A DNA stretch of 64,000 bases from Catajapyx aquilonaris. Its lineage: Eukaryota. Positions 51,501-64,000 of this stretch are shown here, one piece after another; the first letter of the stretch is position 1, and every line of letters starts with the position of its first letter. The DNA lies in assembly GCA_000934665.2 (NCBI GenBank), contig KZ538699.1, forward strand, positions 1 to 64,000, in the 5' to 3' direction. The notes under the pieces were generated by a model. It saw nothing but the letters and a program-made list of their open reading frames with translations. It had not been told where the DNA came from and did no database searches. The translations under genes and the position numbers were made by a program.

Positions 51501-52464
51501 ACTTGTCATTGTTAGGTGCTTGTTATGATGCAAGGGAATTAAACATACAACGTGACCATGCCATTGAATATCAAAGTGGAAAACGTGCAATTGGAGTCGC
51601 AATGTGAGGGCTTACCGTATGCCTTCAATGCCATTGGCTTGCAGTACTAAGAACACTACAATATCAACAAAGGTTAACTGCAAAGAAATTGTAAATGCAT
51701 TTCATTCTGGTCAGGTGCAGACACAAGCATGAACTCAGGAAGTCATGCTGCAGCCTTGCATGATGCAGTGATCAGGTTCAGTAACATAAATGGTCACTTA
51801 CACATAGCACCACCAGAAGTGCAATATTCTTCCTGTCAGCCCAGAAGAGATTGCTTTCACTGAAGTAGAGAGCATGGCAGAATCTGAATGCATAGAAGAG
51901 CAAGCAGAATGTCTCGACTATCATTGTTAACTGAAATGATAACCTCAACGTTACATGTGATTTTCAGACATCTCATGGTTTTTGTATACCCAGTATGCCA
52001 ATGCCAGTCCTTGAACAGCTGGTTTTTCAAAAAGGGCCAATGACAGGTGCAAAGCAATGCACAAACTGAGGGCCCATGCTAATGCTTCGTGATTGTAGAG
52101 TTCATAGTGTCTGAAATCAGAGCATCCAAATTATTCTGATTCAGCAGTGCTTTACTTAGCAATATCCGCACCTGACAGCCTTCTCATTTGGCTTGTAGTT
52201 AGAGTGCCTCCCCTTGCATGCATCCAACACATATGCCGCAGCCACCACAAAATCAGATTCAGTTGGCTGGGACTGTTTGCCCTGATTTACCATTTCTTGC
52301 CCAATTCCTGAAACTGTCAATTTTGATACTGGCGATAACAACATTGAGTCAAACGTGGTGACATAATTACCACTGGCAGCAGCATATGGCGCGTCGTCTG
52401 CTGCCACGATTTCATTGGGGGCGTCGTGGTCATCTGCTGGACCGCCTTCGGATGCAGCGTCCAT
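48535..52464 (-). CDS. TPCN3: Two-pore channel, TPC3-type (about 17 exons, including one U12 intron)
   Basis: ATG at 52464. Two 6-TM repeats, S4-I RWSRTLRPLF, pore I LYVFVTTANSPDVMIPAY, S4-II LDVLLVLRVLRLVKIMGSIERF, pore II TLTVVNQWHV, and C-terminal LERLLHRMFENEID. Stop at 48535-48537. The TPC family call is firm; the subtype rests on recalled pore motifs. Confidence 0.88.
49267..49343 (-). other. U12-type (minor spliceosome) AT-AC intron, 77 bp
   Basis: 5' site ATATCCTTT, branch site CCTTAAC (plus-strand 49277-49283) and 3' end CAC. Removal gives in-frame NQWH-V-ITAGF. Confidence 0.93.
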
Positions 52465-55059
52465 CGTGGCCCAGGGGCCGGCGAAGGGCACTGTAGGGAT
52501 TACTGTGGGGAGATGACCTGGAGTCAACCTGGTAGGGAAAACGTGGCCTGGCAGACGTACGCCCACCGGAGTTGTGTCGTGTATGACGTCCCTCGCAGAT
52601 GATACGTGCGGTATGTATGTCAACAGCACCGATCTCGGTATATGGACCAGTCGATACTGAATCTCACCACATCCACTGACCTCGGATGCGGTGGATGCCC
52701 AAGCGCGGAATTATTCCTCAAGGTCATTCCAGATTGGATGACCACAGAGGAATGCAGTCGCAGTAATAATTCACTAGTCATCAAGGTTTTTGGCAGTGTA
52801 ATTAATTACATTTAGGCATATTTTCTATATGTGTAGGGATGCAATTTGACGAATCTTAGTGTGAATTTTTTATCATAAAGTACGGTATTTCATGACCATT
52901 TTATACCTGTGGTTGGAAGGATGTCTAAACTATAAGAGGATTTTTCCAGCATGAAGAGTTCACACTTTTATTGACGAAATACTTAGTTTTCTTTTTAAAT
53001 CTTTTTTACATCGCGTGATACATATCTGAAAGTATACCTTTCGCTTTATTCAGGGCGCTGAGTACCGTGACTAGACTACACTTAAAAAAGAACATGATTG
53101 CTGCCACAATGATTTTTTTTTTCTTCCAACATACAGAAAATTCAAGATGGTAATATAGAGATGTCTCTGTGAAAAAGCAACTTATTTTTTTGACACCCCT
53201 TCCAATTTACGTTTGAACGTATATAATTATGATACTTGCATTATGCCCCGGTATAGATTGCACATGTTATAAATATAAATGAACACATGTTGAAACATAA
53301 ATTAGCTATAAGTTGCGCCTCATTCACATGAGACATCTCGGTCACGGTCAGAAATCCCGATGGACACAGGACAACTCGTGTTCCACACCTATAAAATGGC
53401 GCTAAAGAATCATGTCACTATATCATATAAACAAGTGTACAATCCGAGATTGCAACTGGTACGAATTTGCATGTACAGAACACCGAGAGGGGACACAAAG
53501 CACCACTGTTGCCTTATTGGAGACAAGTCTTTGAGGCATCCAACCCACCCTCTCTGAATTTTTGAGGCGCACTGTATCCGTGATAGCTTACAAGGTGAAT
53601 CAGATTTTAATATTTTTTAAAGTATTGGCTGTTACATTTTTAAAAAGAGTAACTGGCAACCAAATGGAGACATGTTAGTCTTTTTTCTGAATATCTTGTT
53701 ACTTTTCAATCACCTGACAACTGCAGATTTTACCCTAATCTTTGGGTGCGTTTAGCTTTAGGAACGGTATCTACAGGAAGTAATATGGGATAATCTTATC
53801 TTGGTTCACCATGTACAACCACATACACACACGGCGGTTTCTGGAGTTATAGGTTCGAATTTTGGTCTGGGTTTATACATCAGTGAGTGTTGGAGTCTGG
53901 AGATTCTATTAGCTTCGGCTTATTCAAAATTGCCGTCTTCTTCCTTCACAGGTCCATGGTCGTTATTTGTCCTGTCCTGTCGCACGTGGAACCTCCAAGG
54001 TAAGGATGCTCACTTTTTTTCAATATTTTGAATTTAATGCACTAGAGTTCCTTTGGAACACCTTTGGCCCCTCCAAAAACACACACACTCACACACAATT
54101 GCCCCACTATAGACGGTCGGATTAAAGTCTTCAGTGGCGGAGATGGTGATCTCTTAGTTTATTTTTTGTTCTTTTTTTGAAATTTTTAAAAATGTTTATT
54201 AGAGCGGGAAGGGGGATAAGCCACGGCACATTACACCAGTAGCACATACACGCAATGAGGACACCGATCAACGTACAGCACAGCATTAATATAATATCAT
54301 CATCATTAGTAGTGTTATTATCCCGCTACTCTCTAGAAAAAACCCTGTACAATGGCAGAAATAACAAATCCTAGGTGAGCTACAGTACGCTACAGACTAA
54401 CGAAGAATTTGTATCCTGGACCATCCTAGTCATAGGAACATTGGAGGCTATCAATCAGAAGACGATGACTTGGAGTGAGCCCTTGGGCATGTAGAGAGGG
54501 GGGTTTCTGGAGTCCAATTGGCGTAACATGGCTAGTGGACAGTCAGCAGGTGACATCCTTTCAAGATTTACCGGACATTGAGAATCTTCCCAGCATGTCG
54601 TCTGCACTGTAATTCATGACCATACGTGACCATGTACTGACTGTGACATGTGGCGACAATTGGACCGCATATGGCGAGAAGGGAAAAGGGGGGTGCGTCC
54701 CGTTGTAAATCACTAGAGGTGGGAGGGCATTGTCTTTCAATGCGTGCTGACCCAACCCGGATCTGGCAGAGCGGCGCCCGGTTGAACAGAGTCTGTGCCA
54801 GGTGAACCACACGAAGATGAAGAGCAGGTAGTAGACGTGGGTAAGGGCAGGGCAGAAGATGGCGGCGACTGAAGCGTGGAGGACGGGGACGATGAGGATG
54901 GCGCTGCCGCCGGCAACGTCGGGCTCGATCGTCACGTACCGGCGCCGCCTCCGCCGCTGGAGGAGGACGAGTTGTTGTTGTCCTCCTTGGCGAAGTAGTA
55001 GTCCGGGTAGGAGAAGGGATAGTTCGTTGCTTCCGGGTAGACTTGCGGGTAGGCCATGT

Positions 55060-56029
55060 TTACGTCTGGTATTGGAGCATCGGGGTAGACAAGTTTGGGT
55101 GATGTGTAGTATTCATACGCAGGGCGGACAGGCTCTTGTTGTACCACTCGTCCTCCGGCGCCATCCCTGAAAGAGAGGCAGACTTCACGAATCACTCCCC
55201 TAGCCTTCTGGAGCTACCGACTGGCTCATAACCATTGGGACCTTCACACAACACAAAGTACCGTTTGTCCCCCCCAAAAAAATGTTTCGGACAAACGTAG
55301 GCTACCCAGACTCGGTGTAGTGTAAATGACCCCAATGATATAACAAGCAGTTGGTGAGGAGACCCGATTCCCAAGGCTTGTAACAGCAACTTTGGCAAAG
55401 TGAAGACGGATATAGGTGATATGGATCAATCACGGGGCAGGACACTTCCGGATAGTTGACAAAAACTGGGGGATGGGTAGAACTTCTCCCAGAAAGGTCC
55501 TGTCTCACGCTCAACTTTTACTATGCATATAGCCTACTGTAGTACTTTGCCAAAGGTGATGACATGCACTTCAATGTTTGAAAGACATTGAAATATTACT
55601 GTGCAATGTGTAAAAATACAGGGTGGTGCACTGCCCAATTCCTCAGTGCAAGAAACGGGCTTTTGAACTTCATCTTTATTATTTTTGTATAAGAATTTTG
55701 CCTTGCAGTAAGTTGGAGACATTTTGCACCGCACCCTGCCCATATCGGGCCATCAAGAGCAATCCGGAGCCCGCACTTACCCATGGCATCTTGACGCATT
55801 CCGGAAACTGGCGACATATTGGTGGCCGTATGCGGCATGGAAAAAGGTTGCGTCATGGCCGGGTAGGACGTGGACGTCATCTGCGGAGAAAGAAAAGAAG
55901 GTCGTTATATTTTTGATGCAGCGGTGCTACAAACTGCTGCGTTTTATGTGGCTGGCGAAACGTATGCAGGACAAAGATTGACAAAGCGAACTGATTTGCA
56001 AAGTGCCCGCTGCCGCTGGATGCTGCAGC

Positions 56030-56062
<33 letters not shown>

Positions 56063-56408
56063 CGCCTCGTCTCTTCATCACAAATTCCCCGTGATGCTGG
56101 CAGTACTTTGCGTACCTCCGCACACTTTGCGAGTTCGTTAGGCATGTATTTTGCACGACTACATTTGTGCCGTCTGTAGTGGGACACGCCTGCTGCCTAA
56201 TTAATTTTGAAAGAATGAGCCGGACACAAGCTGGAGTACTGCGGAGCTGGTTACAATAGTATAATGAGAATGATTTTAACCGTTCTAAAATTTTATCGTG
56301 TAAGGTCTTGTTTATTCTTTAAACTTAATGTGAGACAGAAACGCACTGAAAATTATGACCCTGGATCAAATTAAAATTCCTCATTGGTGTATCCGGACAG
56401 GTTTTGCT

Positions 56409-56483
<75 letters not shown>

Positions 56484-57514
56484 GGCGGCCCTTGGTATCA
56501 TATCAAAATGGCCAACTCTCCGACCGGCTTGTGTCTAACATTCCCCGTGTGTGTATACCGTAAGGCTACATGTTTGTGCAAATGATTTGGTGGGTTTTAA
56601 TTAAATTGGCCAATTTGTTAGTGACCTCAAAGAAAGTAATGAGAAGCTTTGGAATTTGAAGTGGAGGAAAGGGAGTGGCGGAATGTCGATCCGGAGTAAA
56701 CTCGGTGGAACATGAATCGCAACACTACGGATTCCTGACTCATCGGTTATGTCTGAGACGAATTGAGTTTGCCATGGCCCGTGAGCATCCAAGGCACAAG
56801 ATGCGCGAGGGGGGAGGGGGGGAGCTGGATGCTGTGCCAGAGAGGAGGAAGGGAAAGAGATGAGAATCCTGAATGTCTCCTCCCGCGGGTGATACACAGG
56901 GATTCACTTGGCGTCGTCATGTACTGTACAAGTCCAATTTTCTGTAAACTTTCAAAACCGGTTTGACGATTAATGCGAAATGTTACAAGTTGCATGAAAT
57001 CTTTTCCTGCGACTCGCCTATATTCTGTATGTGGAAGATGCCGCCTTCAATTGCGACAACACGCGATACAACAAAGTCGATTGGGTTACCTGACTTCCAG
57101 GATAGTCTCCATAAATCTACTGGTATCATACCCTAATTGCGCTGACGACATGCAGTGCTTTTGCACAGTCTGGCAACGGCCATTATGTCCCTCTGAGTGC
57201 ATCATATTAGTGCGCTCATCATTTACGGCGAATTTGTCCGACACAGTTCGTTCAGCATGAACTGTTTTCACGTATCATTGGCAACCCCACCACCGTTAAA
57301 GAACTATTGAGTGACTCACCTGTGGATACCTATTCATGGTGTTGATGGAATTGATTGGGTTTGGATGCGGGTAGGGCTGATATCCTCTGGTGGCCGTCGG
57401 GTAAATGTTGCGCATCATAGCGCCATTGCAGGTGGGGATCACCGCAGGGGCCAGCGCCTTCTGCAGCTGCTTCTCCTGCTTCCGGTACTTGGCTCGACGA
57501 TTCTGGAACCATAC
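55060..57514 (-). CDS. 3' three exons of a Prop-like (PROP1/CG32532-type) Q50 paired-class homeobox gene; 5' exons apparently lie beyond 64000
   Basis: Exon 57320-57514 (VWFQNRRAKYRKQEKQLQKALAP..CNGAMMRNIY), exon 55781-55880, and exon 55060-55166 (EDEWYNKSLSALRMN..MLQYQT*). The upstream intron sits at the classic Q/VWFQN homeobox position. Confidence 0.85.
56034..56061. repeat. (GA)n microsatellite
   Basis: Directly visible. Confidence 0.93.
56410..56483. repeat. (AAT)n microsatellite
   Basis: Directly visible. Confidence 0.97.
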
Positions 57515-60500
57515 CTGTAATGCCAAAAAATCGAGGGGGTGAAACACCTGCAACAATGAATCAGACAATTTGAAGAAGAAAAAATTGTGCGACATGTGGC
57601 AGGGCGTGGATGATTGGTCCGAGCACATGTCCTGGTCGAAGTGGGTGACAAAGCACCCGATTGAGAGCGGAGGGTGAGCGAAGTGTGCACTTCACAACCC
57701 CCTTCCTCCTCCGCATTTCCATTTCAAATGCCTTTGGGCTATATGTTGGAAAGGGCTGGGGCCGCTCAGCACCTTTTCTATCCTCCCCTCCCGCTTCTCC
57801 GGGCCCGTATTCGTGCCCGGAATGCTCAACAGCATGCCAGCCAACCTTCATTTCCTGCACAAAACCTTACACCTACGTTTTCCGGGGCTCTTCTTGCTAC
57901 TAAATGCTATAGAGTGAGACGTTGGATTTATCCCTAGAAAGTTGTGCGCTGCAGGCATTGTTAGAAGGGCGTATGGAGGTCTGGCTGGAGGGAAATCAGA
58001 TGGGACTTGAAAATGAATGTGTGTTTAATTAAGATGAAGGTACTGGAATTTTGGCCAGTACGCAGTATTAAGAAAAATAAAAGGCACATTTTCAATACTT
58101 ACATTATGTTAAATATAGCGCATATTCCTACATCCATATGATTGTTTACACCGTGTGAACAATCATATGGATGGTACGTACTTCCGGAAGTAAGTACCGG
58201 TCAGGTGACATGTCATTTGAGTGCAGTATCCGTTGGCAAATGAGCAGTTTAGTCGGGCCTTAAACCCAGGGCAGGTTGGCAGGCGTGGTGTTCTCCGCAG
58301 AAGCAATTTGAGGCGGAATAGAATCCAGCGCACATTTCCAGATTTCCTCCCCCTGCACCGCTATCTGACGACTCTGATGTTCATTTGATTTATTTTCTTC
58401 ATTAGGCTCCCAATTTGAACTTTATGAACCCTATAATGGCTGGTAAATAATTTCAAATAATGAAATAATATCAGTTGCCATTCGGGGACAAACAAATCGG
58501 ATCAATTTAAAGGGAGTCGGCCCCTTAATCGAATCGCCAGAGTAAACAAATGTGATTTGGGCAATGGGGTTGAAGTTTCCAGTCCACAAGGAGTGTTTAC
58601 TGCGGTGCGACAGGGGCGTTAGTGGGGTGCCTGAAGGACTCGGGGATGGTCAGGAAGTGTTGGTCTGGTGTTTCTTTGGGTGGTCGCGGATGTGTGTTAA
58701 AAGGAAGGGATTTTTAAATATTGCTGACAATTATCAGGATGTTGTGCTTATTACGAATTTTTTGGGTGGTGCAGGTGAATGATTGACAAGGTGGAACATT
58801 TGACAAATGAGTTCGCGGGTTATACATGTGGCTCATCCATGAGACATTACCGATCATAATATATATTTTAATGGCGTTATTTTTCATAACTACAAAAATT
58901 ATATGCCAATGTGATTATTTGGCTAATAAATTGATCAACGGTTTAAAATTATAGTTTTTAATGAAAATTAATTACCGTTTACAGTGTGTACCGTCCCAAA
59001 AACTCAATTGAGTTGAAGGTTCTCCTCATCTGCACAACCTCCGCTATATACACTCAGGAGTCTGGTCATATACAGCTGAACATAACTGCATTGCGGAAAA
59101 ACTGGCATATCACCAAGAGGTAATGGCACTCTACTATGAATGTTATATTTGTGGGCAGCATTAATAAATAACCCGAACTCGCAGTCCCATTTTTGATAAA
59201 CCTACACACAATAGGTCAGAACATCATTTTGGTGTCGAGGGATTCGTATGTAAAAAGCCTCTACCGGCAGGCTCATTATGTTTGGTTCACTGCACTTCGT
59301 TTGCCGCGAAGGCTACAATCAATATTTCACTCTATTGTGACCTTTTGGCAAATGCGATTCGCGACAGCGTAGTACACGTGATGGCTGATGTTCGCTCTGC
59401 ATTTTTGAGTAGCAGTTTTGGTTGCGCCGCGTGTGAGTTGCAAAATGACCAGCGAATTTGTCCATAAGTGTACACCTAACTGATGAGAGTTAAATATTGC
59501 ACGAGTGCGCTATATTTGCCTGCATAATACTATAGTGGGCAGATAGCGAGTTCAGTGCACTATAAAAATATGATGGATTTCTGAATAAATTAATAGTTTT
59601 TTCAGGCATCACATTCTGCCAAGTTTTAGTGAAATTTTTGTAACGTGTTGAAAGAGAAACGACAATGCAAACGCGTATCGGCTCTTTAAACTTATTGTTG
59701 AGACTTGGTGGTGCACCACACTGTACACTCGTTTCATGTGTCTCATGAACACATTATGAAACCCATACTGTACAGTACATTCGCACTTAATCGCATGACG
59801 AAAAAACCATCAACAGCCTGTAAATTTTTAAGAGAAGCCTTTGCATTGTGCAAAGCACTGTAACGGTCATTTCTGGCTGGTGTTTTTTAAAGACCTAAAC
59901 TATTTTACCTCAGCTCGAACAAGTTGGAAGAGTAACTGTTTCGATACGTTCACATTTGGGTACACCAGCATGGCTAACACGGATGAAAGAACCGTAGTAG
60001 GTCTGTAAATCTGATTGGCCAATTTCTGATTGAACCAATCCTCATCGCTCGCTTCCCATTTTCATCAGTCGGAAAATGTGAACCCAGGAAATGTTCGCCT
60101 CTGGAACAAAAAAAAAAAAGTGAGAGAGAAGCACCCGCCTGTTGAAACCCAACGTGGTCGACAATTTTACGAGTGAACTATGAGAACCCAGAGTTACGTT
60201 GATGAAAGGCCCTCCCCTGTATATAGTTTGGATTCTGAAAACTGTGCACAGCATTGTCGCTTTGATTGTCGCTCCCTTCATTTTTAGAAGCCGTGGCTCG
60301 AAATGAGCTGTGCTGGCATACCCAGCCAGGCACATCGACTGTGCTCTAATGCCAGCCATAGCCAGCCAGGCAGCATCAGGGTCGGCCATTTCCATGAGAA
60401 AGAGTCGACTTCAAAGTGCAGGGGCCAGACCAGCCTTGAAAAAAGGTTCCCGAGTGCGAGAAGCGAAACGGAGCATGTTTATTTTTGTGAAGGAAAAGGG

Positions 60501-62689
60501 GGGGTTGTGTTATAACCTAGAGCTGCATTATAGCCCTGTTTCCATCCGCCATTTCGTGCTACCGGGGCCCTGCTCTACTGAGTGTGTGCACCAGTGTGCT
60601 GGCTGGGTGGGATGGGGGCGGGAAAGGGGGGATTAGAGGGTAGATGGGGAGGGGGGCGCCCCTCGCCCTCGCGCCCTCGGGAGGCCATCAAATGGATTCC
60701 GTAATTTGATTATCCACCCTATCACAGCGGCACGACGGTGATTCGGCGGCAGACGATTTTCAATTATCACTTTTTAACAAGCGGGAGATAACGTCTGTCG
60801 CGAAATCTTCCCTCTTGTACCCCTCCCAGCCACTAGTCTGTTGTGCACGGCATCATCCACATCAGGTGTATTACAATATTATTATTATGGAAGGATGGCT
60901 TCAACCATGCGAATAATGTGTGGTGTCGTATACTATAGTAGTGTGAGTGCAATTTACGCAGGCCTTTGAGAGGAGCAGGCTCTCTCAGGGCTGTAGGTGG
61001 GATGCAAAGTGCCGCACATTGGCTGACCTAAATTACCTGAAATGTCTTGGCACACGACCGAGAACAGATTAGAGACTAATGCGATGTTGGGTTTGTAAAT
61101 AGCGACCTGAAGTGAAAGCCCAATTTTTACACGACAATGACGCTTAATGATTTCGTAGCATAAGTTGCTATGCAAATCCTTGTAAAGGCAAGAAATAATT
61201 CGAGGGCTCGCCATCCCAATCTGATTTGCTGCCATATTCAGATCCTCCCCAACCTTTTCATCAACCGATTCATTACTCTCGGGTGTCTCCGTCGGATAAT
61301 CCAATTGGGAAAGGGAGTGCGCCAATAATAAACAGTATTCAAATATGACGCAGCAGTTTTGTGTCATTACAAAAAAAAAGGCCCCTTCTTTTTTTTTGGT
61401 ATGCGACTTTTTTTATTGGACAAAAATATAGGTCCATAGTGGCTTACAGTTGCAAGTTGTGTCCTCTAGAGACCTGTTCACTTATAGTGTTTTTTTTAGA
61501 GTGGCACTTCCCGTATTGATGAGTCCAGGCAAAGTTTCCTTCACCCCAGTCCCTGAGCAGTGTGGGCCTGGAGTCAGGGTGACGCGAGGGACTTTCCAAA
61601 TCGCTAATTAGATTAGGAGTTCTCGGTGAGGACAGATGCCGCTTCTATGGGAACCCCCTCCGAAATGGAGGACCTGCTCGTGGACATGTGCATTGACCTG
61701 TAGGGTTGTTATTCGTAGTTTTGTGGCGCGGATATGCACAGCGACTATTTGGAGAGACGGAGATATGTGGCCTGAATTTTGGTTTCATGCTGAAGAGAGC
61801 AGGTGGAAAAGTCACTTTTAGGTTAACAGAGCGTTGTGGAAGTCGTTGACTCATGAGACCACATCTGAAGTCATGACCACATTTTCTGGTTCAGAAAATT
61901 GTCTAAAGTTTCGCAATGAATCAGTCCGGAAATATTATACAATTGAATTGCAGGTATCAAAAAAATAGTGTAACTACCAGAATCATGAGTTTTACCTAAG
62001 ATTGAATATTCACACCACTTAGTGGCTTCGGACTCATTGACACGTGCTTCGACTATTTTACATGAACACAATCTCGAGATGTTAACTTCATCGTGAGGTT
62101 ACGTTGTTATGGTGTTATCATTACTTCGGCGGATATTTACCGTAAGAGGGAATAACCAATAGGTTGTTTGCATCATTGAGTAATAATTCGGCCGGACGTT
62201 GCATGAAGCTCCAGGTATAGGGTAAACGGTATATTTTAATAATAAAGTGGGTTATAGACGATCATCTATTTGGTTTTTGGTGCGGCTTCATACGCCGTAA
62301 GCCATGCCCGTATGACGGCCTCATTTTGTAGTGTTACCGCGTTCTAGCGAATTTGAAAACATTGGACGCATTATAGTCTTACGAAGTGCATACATGATCC
62401 TGCAATGAAGAATCAGGTATATGTAATGCTAATGGAGTTGTCCATGCAAAACAAACTCGTTCCATTTTTGGAATTATGAGTGCACTAGTGGTGTAAGATA
62501 CGTGCAATATTTTTTTTTGTGTATGCAGAACATGTATAAGAAGGAACGTGCAGGCAACTCGGCACTCGTAGTGCATTTCCACGGATAGTACAGTAAAGGG
62601 AAAATTGAGCATTCTCGGCACTTACTTGAGTTTGAGGGTAATGGAAAGTTTTTCCATTTATGCATATAGAATATACGCGTAGGCCTATA

Positions 62690-63446
62690 CAGGGCGGTCA
62701 CGAATTCTTCTGCCAATATGTTACAGGTGGTAGGGGGTGAGTATGGAAGGGGCATGGCATGAGTTAGAAAAGTCGGCGACGATCCGTTTTGGAGAGGTCG
62801 ACCTTTGACATCGACAATGTCTATCCTGACAAGTACGGATACCCCCATGCTTGTCTGCATTGCTGGTTGCCTGGGTCAGGCGCTCGTACTGTCAGCCCCG
62901 TGGCGTGGGCAGACCATTGCTCAACCGCCTGACTCCGGCAACCAGCAATGCAGGCATATACGGGGACCACGACGGGGACCGTATCCATACCTGTCAGGAT
63001 AGACATTGGGGCCGTCCAGACGGGCCGACCTTAGCCGCGGCCAGCCGCGGCCGGTCGAGGCAGCGACGGTTCACACGGCAACGGCCACGGCCAGGCCACG
63101 GCTCAGAAGTCGGCCAAGTTGGCCGACTTCCTGGAAGTTGGCTCGCTGCTTGGCCACGGCTTGGCCTCGGCAACGGATACACTGCGCGTCACTTGTTTTT
63201 CGTCGCTGCCATGACTACCGGCCACTATTACTATTATTAAAATATGTGCCCGTCTGAACGGGTACCGTGGCCAGCCGTGGCTCCGCAAGCCGGTGCCGGC
63301 CGCGGCTAAGGTCGGCCCGTCTGGACGGCCCCATCGTCGACGTCAACGTCGCGTCGTCGCCGGCCTTTCGGGCCCATGCCATTCTTCTTCCGTATGCACC
63401 TCCTACCACCCATTTCTTTTTGTCATACAAATTCGTCACCACCCTG
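62690..63446. mobile_element. Tc1/mariner-type MITE with nested internal inverted repeats
   Basis: TA|CAGGGCGGTCACGAATT...AATTCGTCACCACCCTG|TA. Internal stems 62815-62831/62992-63008 (17 bp perfect) and 63008-63042/63298-63332 (35 bp perfect). Confidence 0.8.
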
Positions 63447-64000
63447 TATAGGTGGAAAGAATATCCACTCAGAGTATAAGTGGAAGGAGTAATACTTTAG
63501 GTATAGTATACTTATACACAATAAACAGTAGGATTTGTAAAGCTACATGGACAATGAAGAGATATAAACTGTTTTTCACTTAGACAATGGAATTTGTAAG
63601 AGAAATCATAGAAAATTCCTTCACATGATTTTGACTTTTCACATAAATTATGATGCTCCCATGTCCCATGTAAACATATCAATTTTCTACTGTAAAACTG
63701 CCCTTTCCATTTACTTACATTTTCCACGTATATTATTACTTGGAAAAGTTTAAGTGAGCAATTATTTATATGTGATAAGAGAAATTACACGAAGGAAAAT
63801 GGGACGCTTTCAAATAGAAAAGGAGATTGATGTAAAAAAAAAAGCCTTCCCACAGTATGTTGTGCACAATAATTTTTCAACTTATTTGTGCCTGTGTTCT
63901 TCAGCGAATTCGAGAAACTTGAGCGTGAGTGCGGCAACTGGCTTCTGGCGAACACAACGTTATGAAAATAGTAACACCCCATATTTTAAATTGACTATAG

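Noticed and set aside
57515..64000. Upstream homeobox exons or independent genes among the short ORFs
   Set aside because: No helix 1-2 homeodomain sequence or recognisable domain was found. The GC-rich ORFs at 62805-63479 fall within the MITE.

Overview
Eukaryotic genomic DNA, most likely from an arthropod with a compact genome (many 50-65 bp introns, one 346-N gap). No prokaryotic features, rRNA genes or CRISPR arrays are supported. I reconstructed ten spliced protein-coding genes by hand: two intact tandem ANKMY1-like genes (MORN-ankyrin-MYND, with evidence for a third copy just left of the window), a phospholipid scramblase, a CYP2-clan P450, ESF1, NAA30, TPRKB head-to-head with COA6, GlcAT-I and a TPC3-type two-pore channel. 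The 3' part of a Prop-like paired-class homeobox gene is also present. Introns and spacers carry many transposon derivatives, including a V-domain tRNA-SINE split by a decayed DNA transposon and several hairpin MITEs. The strongest oddities are mosaic divergence of the ANKMY1 paralogues with a fast-changing MYND finger, a U12 AT-AC intron in the channel pore, an intron made almost entirely of (ATT)n, a GC-AG intron, and a second protein-like frame in the last homeobox exon. I cannot show a wholly new biological system from sequence alone. All family calls are by recognition, not database search.
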